Below are positions 45,159 through 55,800 of a stretch of DNA of 64,000 nt, piece after piece. Source of the DNA: Saprolegnia diclina VS20 (taxonomy: Eukaryota). The stretch is taken from contig NW_008246092.1 in NCBI RefSeq assembly GCF_000281045.1, positions 208,853 to 272,852 on the forward strand. The letters are read 5' to 3'. Position 1 is the first letter of the stretch. Every line of letters begins with the position of its first letter. Both the position numbers and the translations under genes were made by a program. The notes under the pieces are model-generated. The model was given only the letters and a program-made list of their open reading frames with translations, was not told where the DNA came from and made no database searches.

Positions 45159-46812
45159 ATGCTTCGCAGCAACAACGCAGCACCGGTGCTGGATCTGCCG
45201 AGCCTCAAGGCCCCCGAGCGCAACGATCTTGTGGACGTCGATGGGTGGTACACGGACGCCCATGAGCTGCCCGAAGCGTCGGGCTCGGACGACGAGCTTG
45301 ACATTGCATTGGTCTCGTCGCGCCTGTTGCCCGAGAGCCCCAGCGAGGCGCCTGTGAAGCAGCGGTGAGCGTGCGACTCGATTCCTTTGCGCTTACACAA
45401 TCGGCTAGTGCCTACGACGTCCACTTTGACGCTGGTTGTCATCTCGCAAAGGTAGCATATTGATGTACGTGTAGGCCCCTTGGGGCTCGAGCTCGAGCGA
45501 GACTGGTCTGGGGAGCTCACGCTCGTCAAGCACATCGCGCTTGACGGGCCGGCCCAAGCGAGTACGCCATGCTACGCCTCTTCACGTGCGAGCGACCCTG
45601 CTTGCGTAGGCGGCTTGATCCGGATCGGCGACGTCTTGCACGCGATGGACCACATCTCGTGCTTGCACCTTTCCTTGGCCGAGGTAGACGCCCCCTTATC
45701 CCTTCTCATCGTGTCGATCGACCGGTCATAGACGCAATCGCGACTCGCTACCCCCGGGCCCCATACGCTGCACTTGACGTCGCCCTGCAGCTTTAGCGAC
45801 GTCGAGCGCGAAGTATGTATCGCCAAGCAGTGCATCCACGAACACAAGGCACGCTTCTACCAGCCGCTCGAGACGCCCAGCGACAACGGCCTCCTTCTCG
45901 TACCTTCGCTTACTCTGGCTACGAGGCCTATACGATGGCGAGTAGGGATGCATTGAGCGCTACCGCGGCGACGACGTCACGTCGTTTCATTTGCACCGCG
46001 AAGACACGGGCGAGTTTCTCTTGGCCTGCAGCTGCGAGAGCGACCTCTCGGGGCCGTTCCTCTTCCATACGCTTCGCGACACCCATCTTCGCCGTACGAC
46101 GCTGCCACGTCATGGCGGTGCATACTACGTTCGACTAGGGTGGAAGGATCTGCCCCGCGGCGAAGACTGCGCCGTGTACATGGGCGAACTAGTCGAGAAT
46201 TTTCTCGGCACTGAGTTTCGCGTGTTGGACCACGCGCGCCGCGAACTCGGCTTCTTCGTCTACGAATCGAACGTCCTCGGGCGATGCCCCAACAGCCTCA
46301 CGCTGGCGCTCAATCGCGAGCCGCACGGACCACCGCCCAGCGAGCGCTACAAGAAGCAGCAGCAAGAGCGGGATCCGTCGGTCCTTGACCGCCTCCGCCT
46401 CGAAGTCGAGTCGTTTGTCGAGGCGCTCACGTCCCCGCGCAATAGCAAGCAGCTGTCGCCTGCGTACGACGCTGTGGCGCAAGACGACGACGACGCGAGC
46501 GACCTCGCGCTCTTCCAAGTCGACTGACGCATGCCATGGCGTCATCTCATGTGTCATACATAGACGACCAAGCCCGCGTGGAGCGAAGCGATTCATGCGT
46601 GGACGCTCCATTTTGACGGCCGCGTCCATGTTCCGTCCAAGAAGAACTTTCTCCTCAGCGCGCTCGACGACGCCAACGAGCGGACGGTGCTGCGCTTTGG
46701 GAAGGTCTCCAAAGTCCGATTTACCCTGGATTTTCAAGCCCCCTTGTCGCCATTGGTCGCACTCGCAGTCGCAGTCTCGGCGTTTGCCAAGAAGCGCATC
46801 GTGACGTCGTAA
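45159..46812 (+). CDS. PDZ plus Tubby C-terminal domain protein, multi-exon
   Basis: PDZ-like GPLGLEL..IRIGDVLHAMD; Tubby NFLGTEF, YESNVLG, PAW..WTLHFDGRV..PSKKNF, LRFGKV..FTLDFQAPLSP. Confidence 0.82.
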
Positions 46813-46903
46813 CCTAAGCTCACAAACAGGAAAACTGGCAAAAAGGCAAACTGGCGAATTGGGAAAATAAGAAAAACTAAGAAAATGCAAAACCAGTGCA
46901 TTC

Positions 46904-47836
46904 TTAGTCGTCGGATCCAATGGACCCGAGCGTGTTGGTGAAGAGCGTGTTGGCATCGTGGGGAAACACTTCAATGTCGTGGATGAATGCGGCCATGTCG
47001 TCCTGCGGCACGAACGCCACCGCGTTCTCGAGCGTCTTGTACGCGGGTGTCGCGTCTTCCTTCTCGGGGACGATGCCCTCGATGAGACCGACAACAACAT
47101 CTTCCTTGGTCGTGACGGCGCCGCCGCACATGCCTTGCTCGAGCACCGACTCGCTCTTGCCAAACACTTGGCGCGTGCTTGCGTTTCGCCAAAAGTAGGC
47201 CCCGGGCACGACGAGCGGCGTGATGCTGCCGGACGACGGCTCAATGTGCCCATGGTACAGCAGCGTCGTCGTCTCGTCGAGCGCGGCGAGGTGCGAGAGG
47301 TCGTAGCCCGAGAGAGTCGGGAGGCTCGTGGCGTGCTTGTCGAGGTTCAACTCGAGCGCCGCCAGATCGCTATGCACGTGGCTAAGACGGCCACGCTACC
47401 TGCAGAGAGAGACGTACCGGGAGCCGTGCAAGGTCACGTGAGCCTCGAGCTCGATTTCCCACGCCTTTTCGCACGTGACCTACAAGCAGGATCGTGGGAT
47501 CGACGTGGCGGACCAGGCGGCCATCGCACCTCGTCGTGCAGTGACAGCGTGTGCTTGACGTACGCCTCGTCGACGTGCTCCAGCCAGTCGTTGGGGTAAT
47601 AGGCGGGGAAGAGCCATGGGCACGCCACGTGCGCGCACGTGAGCACGTGCAGGCGGGAGGCGTCCTTGTCGACCATGCGCTGCCCGAGCACAGCTGAGCC
47701 GCTACGAGAAGGTTGCGTGAGCCGTCGCGTCTTGTCCATGACATCATATGTCGCACCGGCTAAGCACCTCGTACGCGGCCATGCCCTCGTGCGGCAGGCG
47801 GAACTGCGTCGTCAGCGCGAGCACTCGGCGAAGCAT
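46904..47836 (-). CDS. Trypsin/chymotrypsin-fold peptidase-like protein with Cys at the nucleophile position, multi-exon
   Basis: VLTCAHV (His), SDLAAL (Asp), QGMCGGAV followed by VVGLIEG. Confidence 0.75.
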
Positions 47837-47988
47837 GCGGCGGTCGTGTCCAAACGGCGGATGACCAGGAATTAGGCCTCGCGTATCCGTAATTCGTAGC
47901 TCGTGGACGATACATCTCTGCGTTGTTTTGAGGGACTATCCCTTTCTATTTCGAGCAACCTGGCGCCACATTGGAAAAGGCGTCGACG

Positions 47989-48681
47989 ATGGCACACCGC
48001 CTCCTTGTGCTTGTGCTGCCCAGCCTCGTGGTCGCCGCGCCGTGCTCGACGCAAGACATGTTTGCAGTGCTTGGCGTGGCCATGCAGCCGGCATGGGCCA
48101 ACTGCACGGACGCGCTGCGCTTACCGGTGAGCACGCTCTCGGAGCTCGTCCAGTTCAAGACTTCGAGCCAGCTCACGCAGCTCTGTGCAGCGCCGACATG
48201 CGTCGCCAACATTGACGATGTGTACAAGAACATGCCCAACTGCGTGACCTCGGATGGGCTCAACTTGCACGACGCGACCGAGCGTACATCGCAAATCATC
48301 TGCGGCACGCTCCCGGCGTCGTTGACGACGAACGACGGAAGTGCTTGCTCGTCCGTCGATCGCACGCTCATCTCGTTCCTCATGGGCCAAAAGCCCGTGC
48401 CGAGTGCGTGCCTCGAAGCGCTTGGCGGCAACGCGACGACGCTGACAGCGATTTTGCCCTCCACGCAGGCCGACCGCGTGTGCGCGCTGCCCGCTTGCAC
48501 ATCGTTTATCAAAGCCACGTACAAGCAGCTGCCCCAGTGCGTTTTGCCGGACGGGTCCAAGCCCAAGGACATGATCGAAGCCGCGCTCAGTACGGTGTGC
48601 CACACCACGCCACAATCCGTGGCCCGCCCCGCCTTTCTCTGTGTCGTCACCTTGCTCTTCGCACTGCTCGTGCACGCTTAG
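47989..48681 (+). CDS. Secreted, probably GPI-anchored elicitin-like protein with two 6-Cys domains
   Basis: Signal peptide MAHRLLVLVLPSLVVA; two repeats with C..C..LCAAPTC/VCALPAC..PNC/PQC..C; hydrophobic C-terminus. Confidence 0.75.
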   Translation: MAHRLLVLVLPSLVVAAPCSTQDMFAVLGVAMQPAWANCTDALRLPVSTLSELVQFKTSSQLTQLCAAPTCVANIDDVYKNMPNCVTSDGLNLHDATERTSQIICGTLPASLTTNDGSACSSVDRTLISFLMGQKPVPSACLEALGGNATTLTAILPSTQADRVCALPACTSFIKATYKQLPQCVLPDGSKPKDMIEAALSTVCHTTPQSVARPAFLCVVTLLFALLVHA

Positions 48682-48682
48682 C

Positions 48683-48892
48683 NNNNNNNNNNNNNNNNNN
48701 NNNNNNNNNNNNNNNNNNNNNNNNNNNNNNNNNNNNNNNNNNNNNNNNNNNNNNNNNNNNNNNNNNNNNNNNNNNNNNNNNNNNNNNNNNNNNNNNNNNN
48801 NNNNNNNNNNNNNNNNNNNNNNNNNNNNNNNNNNNNNNNNNNNNNNNNNNNNNNNNNNNNNNNNNNNNNNNNNNNNNNNNNNNNNNNNNNNN
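48683..48892. other. Assembly gap (210 N)
   Basis: Run of n. Confidence 0.99.
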
Positions 48893-48992
48893 GACAGGGA
48901 ATAAAATCATTATTGAAAGGGAATATTGAAGTGCCCATGTCTTGCATATATGGACTATATATAGGACAGTCCCTATCGTACTAGAACAAACG

Positions 48993-49806
48993 ATGCACCG
49001 GTCCAGTGTCCCGTGCGTCGGGTGCCAGCGACTCTTCTTTCCGGCGTCGCTACCGATTCACCAAAAGACGTGTTTCGCCAAGAACGCGTTCGTGTCGCTG
49101 CCGTGTCCGACGTGTCATGTGACGCTGCGGTGCGTCCGTCAGACGTCCGCCGTGATAAATTGCCTTGATAGAACGGGCAACTACTTCAACCACGTCAAGA
49201 ACTGCACGGACGAGCCCGTGGCAACGCTAGCTAGCGCGTCCGAGACAGCTTCAATGGAGCCTGGACCCATTGGGCCTGTCGAGGACGACGGGCGTATTCA
49301 GTGCCGGAAATGCCATCGCGGGTTTGCCCCCGTACGCCGTTGCGATCCCAAGCGGCCCCATGATGACGGCTGCGTAGGACCGTATCGCCAAGCATCAGTC
49401 CGTGTGCCACGAGTCCGAGCGCATCAAGTACGTGCGCGACGACGGCAACCAACTCCAGCACTCGACGACGACGACGCGCGCCAAGGTGCGTTTGCCCCAG
49501 TTTGCAGAGTATCAAGTTGATATTAGCCTCGCACGATCAAGCGCGCCCTTCCACCCTCGCTCCATAGCAATGTAGGGAGCTAGCTCACGACGCTGCGTGA
49601 TGGTTATGACGTAGGTGCCGCTGCCGCGGTCGGCGCCTCACACCGGCGCTTCGATGCCGGCACTGCACGCTTGTCGCAAAGCGCCGTACGACCTCGTGCT
49701 TCGAGACGCGAGCAACCAAACGGGGTACACAGGCGCGAAATACGGAGGCATTGATTGCAGCAACCAAACTTCGGCCGGCAACCCGCTCAGTCGGCGCCTC
49801 GTGTGA
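48993..49806 (+). CDS. C2HC zinc-finger protein (ZC2HC1-like fingers), multi-exon
   Basis: VPCVGCQRLFFPASLPIHQKTC; CPTC..HVKNC; GRIQCRKCHRGFAPDRIAKHQSVC after splicing. Confidence 0.75.
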
Positions 49807-49840
49807 TACGATAGTACTAGATGTGTACAATATTGTCTTT

Positions 49841-52800
49841 TTACACGACCTCAAGTACGAGGCTGGCGCCCGCGAGCACCCACTTGGCCGGTGGCGCCTT
49901 GCTGCGCAGCTGCGCGGTGCAAATGTACGTCGGGCCGCGCTGCTGCGTGCGGTAAACGGGGCACTCGAAGATGTTGGCCGCGGCGAGGCCCGTCGCCAAG
50001 ACGGCTCGGATGTTGATGATGGGCATCGGACAGCTCATTTCTTTTGGGTGGCTCACGTCAATGACGCCCGAGCCCATGTCCCAGCGCGCGCCTTCGAGGA
50101 AGAGCCCGTAGACAAACTGTCCGTCGCGGCTCGGCGCATCGAGGGCATCGAGCATGCGCTTGGTGATGTCGGTCACGATGCTGAGCTTGTCGAGCTCCAC
50201 CGACGTCTTCTTGGCGGTGGTTTGGAGCACGGCGGTCAAGAACGACTGCGGGTTGAAAAGGCCGGGCAGCCAAATCGCAATCGGAATATCCGCGCCTTGG
50301 CCCGCCCACTCTTGCAGCTGCGACAAGCGCCGCTCGAGGTCCGCCAGCCACGGCGAGAGCGACCGAAGGCTCGGGTAGGCCACCGCTTGCCACGTCAGTG
50401 GAACGCGATCCAGGTACAAGTGCTCTTGCAGCGTTTCCATGGCTTCCGTCATGGTCAAATCGCCTCGAAAACCTAAATCGAGCTCGGCCAAGCTCTTGGT
50501 CATGTGGTCGAGGAGGACGTTCATGCGCTCACACTCTTGCACAAACACCGTCTGGTACGGCGAGAGGTCGCCGCCGTTGAGCACATCTGAGACGTCGAGG
50601 CGCAGCTCGCGGTACGTCTCGAGGACGTCCTGCAAGATGCCTTCGGCAATGCTCTGCATCGAGTCGGTCGACGACGCTGCCACGACGTCGGTCGCCGGCG
50701 CCGACGGCAACGCGCCGAGGAGCAATGTGCCCTGCAGGAGATTCTCGCTCGCTTCGGTGGAAAACTGAATGTCCGTGTTGGGGTGCAGCCCAAACGCGAG
50801 CGGCGAGTCGCCAATTAGCGTCAGCTCGACATGCTCGAGCATGCGGTCCAAAGTCGCGTTGAGCTTGGGCGCTGTAAAGAGCTTGACATCGTCGCCGTCG
50901 TCGAGGTACGGGAACATGCCGAGCTCGTCGAGCAATTCGTCGCGCAAAAAGTAGGCCAGATACGTGTTGCACACGAGCCGGTCGACGTCGTTGACAATGT
51001 GCCCGCCGTACATGATCTCCCCAAAGAGGTAGCGCAAGTCTTGCCACGGCACGCGCGTCGGCGCGTTCTCCATGTAGTTGCCTAGCACGGTCGCACTCGC
51101 AACGAGATCGCCGGCAGCAAACGGATACTTCATGTTGAATCCCTATCCACATGGATAGATCCAACTATGTATCCAAACGACATCGGATACCTGGGCTCCA
51201 AAGCGCTTGCGCTCGAGCATGATCGAATGAAAGTAGCACATGCCAAAGAGGATGCCGCGCGTACGCGGCTCGAGATCGTCGACGTACGCTTTCGAGAAGG
51301 CGCAGAGCGCGCGCTTGACGTTGGCCTTGAGCCCCGTCGGCGGCTCGTTCGTGAGCTTGATGGCCTTGTCCAAGACGCCGATCGGAATGTGCGGCGACGG
51401 GTCCGACGAGATAAAGACACGGAATTCCTTGTGGACGCGACCACTCTCAGGCTCGAGATTGCTCAGCCACTTGTCGAGCTCGAGGAGCCACACAGGCATC
51501 AAGTGCACGTTGTTGAGCAGGATCCAGTGGCCGTTCGCCATCCCGTCGGTGAGCGCAGCCATCGCAATGGTTTCCTGGCCTTGGCCCAAACTAATGTTGT
51601 GGTACTCGAGGCCCTTGCGCTTGGCGGCGCCGGCCGCGAGCTTGTCGACGTTGACCACAACGTCCGTGCCCGGCGAGAGGATGAAGTAGAGCGGTGTCGA
51701 CGGGCTTGACTGCTGGAAGGCGTCTTGGAGCACTTGGTATGCGTTGAACTGCGCGTCGCAGTTGAGGTACTGGGGCGCATGCGGGAGCACGGCCGCAATA
51801 AACTGATGCAACGCGACTACAAGCCTATCGCCGCGGAGACAGCGGAGCACGAGGAGCTTGAGGAACGGCGTCTTGTCGAGCTCGCGCCAGTCGAGCGGAA
51901 GTTTTTCGGTTTCGGGCGTCGCCGAGTTGTACCACTCGCGGAACCGCGCTTCGCTCTCAACGAGGTCGGCGACAAAGCGCTCAAAGCCCTCGACTAGAAT
52001 CAGCGCTTGCAGCATTTGCCACTACACCAACCCTTTCAAACCGATCACAAATGACATGCTTAACCAACCTGCGAGTCGTTGAGCCACTCGATGGCGTTTT
52101 CATCGCCGACGATCTTGGGCGCCCGAAGGAAGAAACGCAAGTGGTCGTCGCTGTAGCCGCTCCAGTCGCCAATCGCGCCGCGCTTGAGGAGCGCAAAGGT
52201 GAGTTGGGTCAAGAAGAGAAACTTGTGCTCTTCGAAGAGGCCGCGGCTGACCATCGTGAAGAGCGTGAGGAGCACCGACTTGCGCAGCTGCGAGACGCGT
52301 TCGTGGGCGTCAATCACGTTTGGGTTGTGCGGCACAGCGTCCATGGCCTTGTAGTAAAAGACTAGGAACGCGTCGAGCGAGTATTGGTACATCGGGTTGA
52401 TCTGGCAGAGAAGCACCATGATGAAGAAGATCATCGACCCTTCTTCGGCGATCGGCCGGTACACCTCGCGCGCGTCATTGATGACGCGCTCCGTCTCTTT
52501 CCCGCGCAAAATCGCCGAGTTGACATCCGTGGCAGTCATTTTCGTCGCCTCGAGCGACTCGATGAGCGGGACGTCCGAGAGAATGTCGTCGGGCGCGTTT
52601 GCGAGTCGCTCCAAAAGCTGGTTCTCGAGCTCCAAGAGCTGTATCTTGTACTTATTGAACTGCTGGGCGAGCGCTTGTTTTTCGGTCTCGAGCACGGGCT
52701 GCTCGCGGTTGACGACTTGAGCGAGCAGCTGGTCTTCGAGCCCGCGCTCCGTCACGATAAAGTTGATCAGTGTGCAGTGCGCGACGATCTCGGGGCGGTA

Positions 52801-55800
52801 GTGCGGGTTCGAGAGCTTGGTGTGAAGAAAGAGCCGAAATTTCGTGTCGTACTCGATGTCGTCGCCGCCGAGCTTGACGAACCACGACTTGCCTTTGCGG
52901 TGGATTTGCCGCATGAGGATTGGCTCCAGCATCACGTCGAGAGTCTCGCCTACTTGGTTCTTAGTGCGTCTGCGATGAAACGAGGTCGATTACCTAAATT
53001 CTCAAGGAGAACGGTCGCGCCATCGGTAATGCCTTGCTCCAGCAGCTTGCGCCAGTTCTTTTGGGATGGGTTCAGGACCACAAAGCTCAGCGGCGCCCGA
53101 TCGTTCATTGGTGCGTTGCTGTTACTGGTGCTACTCGCTGCCTTGGTGTTGGAGTTGCTCCGCTTGCCCATCTCGGAATTGTTGCTCCGGCGCTTGGCGA
53201 GTTTGGCCTTGGCGTCCGCTTTCTTACTTGGGGACTCGGACGCGCGATTGGCGTCCAGTGACGTACTTGAGTTACTACTGCTCGCTTCGGTGAGCGTCCG
53301 CTGCATCTCTTTCGAGCGCAGCCACGTGAGGCCCTGCAGCTGCGGGTCAATCAGCAGCGGCCAGCGCTCGCAGCTCGAGATGATGCAGCCGTTCTCGATC
53401 GACATGCGGTCGGCGGGCAGCCCTTCGTTCATCCACTGGGCGATCGCCGAGTCGTCACAGAGCGTTGAAATCGGGTCCAACGTCGGCGCCTTCTCGTCTG
53501 CGCTGGGCCGTAGACTGATAGGGATCTCTCGCGCCGCCAAGTCGGGCAGCCACACCTACACAAGAGAAACGAGGATTACACTTCAAGACACCAGAGATTG
53601 CTCCTACTTGTTTCCAGAGCTGCACCCGGAACGATGCGTCAAAAGCGCCAATGTAACTCACAAACGCCGCTGCCAAGAGCACGTCGCCCACGAGACACGT
53701 TTCACCAACCTTGAGCACGTCCACTTCGCGCTTCCAGCGCTCGTTCTCGGACGCAAGGCCGCTCACGAGCCGCTCGGCGAGCCCGAGCCGCTCTTGGCAC
53801 GCCCGTGCTTCCGCTTCCACCTAGCACCAACTCTCCAGTGACGTTGCGACGACGGCGATTGTACCTTGGCTTTTTCGTTGGTCGCTTCACGAAACGAGGC
53901 TTGAAGCGCCGAGAGCTGCACCTCGACTTCGCGCACCATGGCCTGGACCGTCTCGAGAGCCGCGTCGGCATCGAGCTTGGCCTTGCGGCTCTCTTCGAGC
54001 GCGTCCATGAGCGGCTTGACTTTGACGTACACCTTGTGGTAGGCCATGATGTTGATGACCCACGTGCAGAGGTTGGCGGCGGCGACCGACTTGGCCTTCA
54101 TTTTCTCAAAATTGAAGTTGGGGTCGTCGAGGATGGGCTCGACGCGCGCTGCGACCTCGGGCGGGATCGCGTCCTTGTCGTACTGCTCCAGCGCGACTTT
54201 GAACGCATCGACTTTGGCCATCATTTTCTTGGCATTGTCCCACGAAAAGTTCTTGGTCTCGAGCTTGAGCATCATGAGCACGGCGGTCGTGACCTTGTCG
54301 ACGCCCGCCGGCGGCTTTTGCATTGACTTGAGCTCGGTCAAACTCGCCTTGTTGAGGCAGTTGACGGCGTCCTGCGCGGCCTTCAACGCTGGCTGCGCAA
54401 TCTCGAGCTCCGCCATCGCTTGGCGCTCGATTTTGGTGGCCATCTCGGCGGCCTGTGTGGCCTTTTCCTTCTCTTCGTCGGCGCTACCCAAGCTATTAGT
54501 TTCAACGCTCATCCAGAATCGAGGGTACCGTCGCTGCTTGATTTGCGCATCGTTGCGCTGCCGGCCCATTTGCTCGAGGAGCACATCGGTCGCCTTCTTG
54601 CGCTCGTCGACGCGCTTCATCGTGGCTTTGAGGTCGCGCTGGAGCTGCTCGACGTCATCAGCCGTCTTCTTGAGCGTGCGGAGGCCCACGTCGAGGCGCT
54701 GGATGAACTGTGCGACCGACTTGCGCTTGGCACGGAGCAGTTTTTTGTAGAACAAAATCAGCTCCAAGAACGACGTCGGCGTCACGTAGTTGTAGCGACC
54801 GAGGGCGGCTTTGAATTGCACCGAGGCAGCAATCACCGACGTGTGCACCTCGGCCATGTGGTGGCTCACATTGTCGGCGATCGCGAGCGACGGCCACGAG
54901 AGGTCGCTCAGAAACGACGTGCTCACGCTCACAAGCGCGTCCTTGGGCCACGGGTGGAACCAGTCGATGGCCACGCACTGAATGAGCGCGGGAAAGCGCC
55001 GAAGACGGACGCGGAAGCTCGGGTGCACGGGCGAGCACGCAAGCACGACATGGCAGTTGGCACGGACCCGGTCCAGGAAGAACGATATCTAACCAAACAA
55101 ATGATGAGATCTAGCATCTAGAATCTGGGATCTGGTATGTACCATGTGGTCGCGGGCGTCCGGGATGCTGTTGGCTTTTGCTTCCGCACGCAACGAACCG
55201 AGAATGGTGTCCATTTCTTCCGTGGCAAAGAGGTCGGCCAGCGCCGACGAGCCGGCAATGAGCATGTTGAGGTAGATCAAAAAGGTCTCGTGCACAATCT
55301 GCGAGTCGGTCAAGAGCAGCACGAGCGGGAGGCCGGGCTTGACGCCGGCCCGGCGCACCACGTCCTTGATGTCTTCCACGAGCTCGTTCGTCCCATACGT
55401 GGTCTTGACGCACAGCTGCAATAGCGGGTACTGGCAAATGAACGTCGCGAGCTTCGTGAGCGACTGCTTTCCCGAGCCGCCAACGCCAATGAGCATCAAA
55501 TGGCCGCGGGGCATCGTGAGCACGCGGAGAATGCGCACGACGTGGTCCATCGCCGCCTCAAACAGCACGAGGTTCATGACGGCAGCGGTCTCGTTGTATG
55601 AGTGCAAACACGTTTGCAGTGTCTCTTGGAGCTCCTTTCGGTCCTTGACGGGCACCGGCGGGTACGACAGAACGCCGTCGACTTCTTTTGGCAGCCGCGT
55701 AAATAGGTTGGGCTGCGCGTTGAGCTCGGCCGCGTCGTCTTCCAAGTGCTTTTTGGCGTGCTCCAAGAGCAGTTCATGGAACCGAACGACTTCGGCCGTC

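Noticed and set aside
48345..48947. ORFs spanning the X-run
   Set aside because: Artefacts of translating through the N gap.
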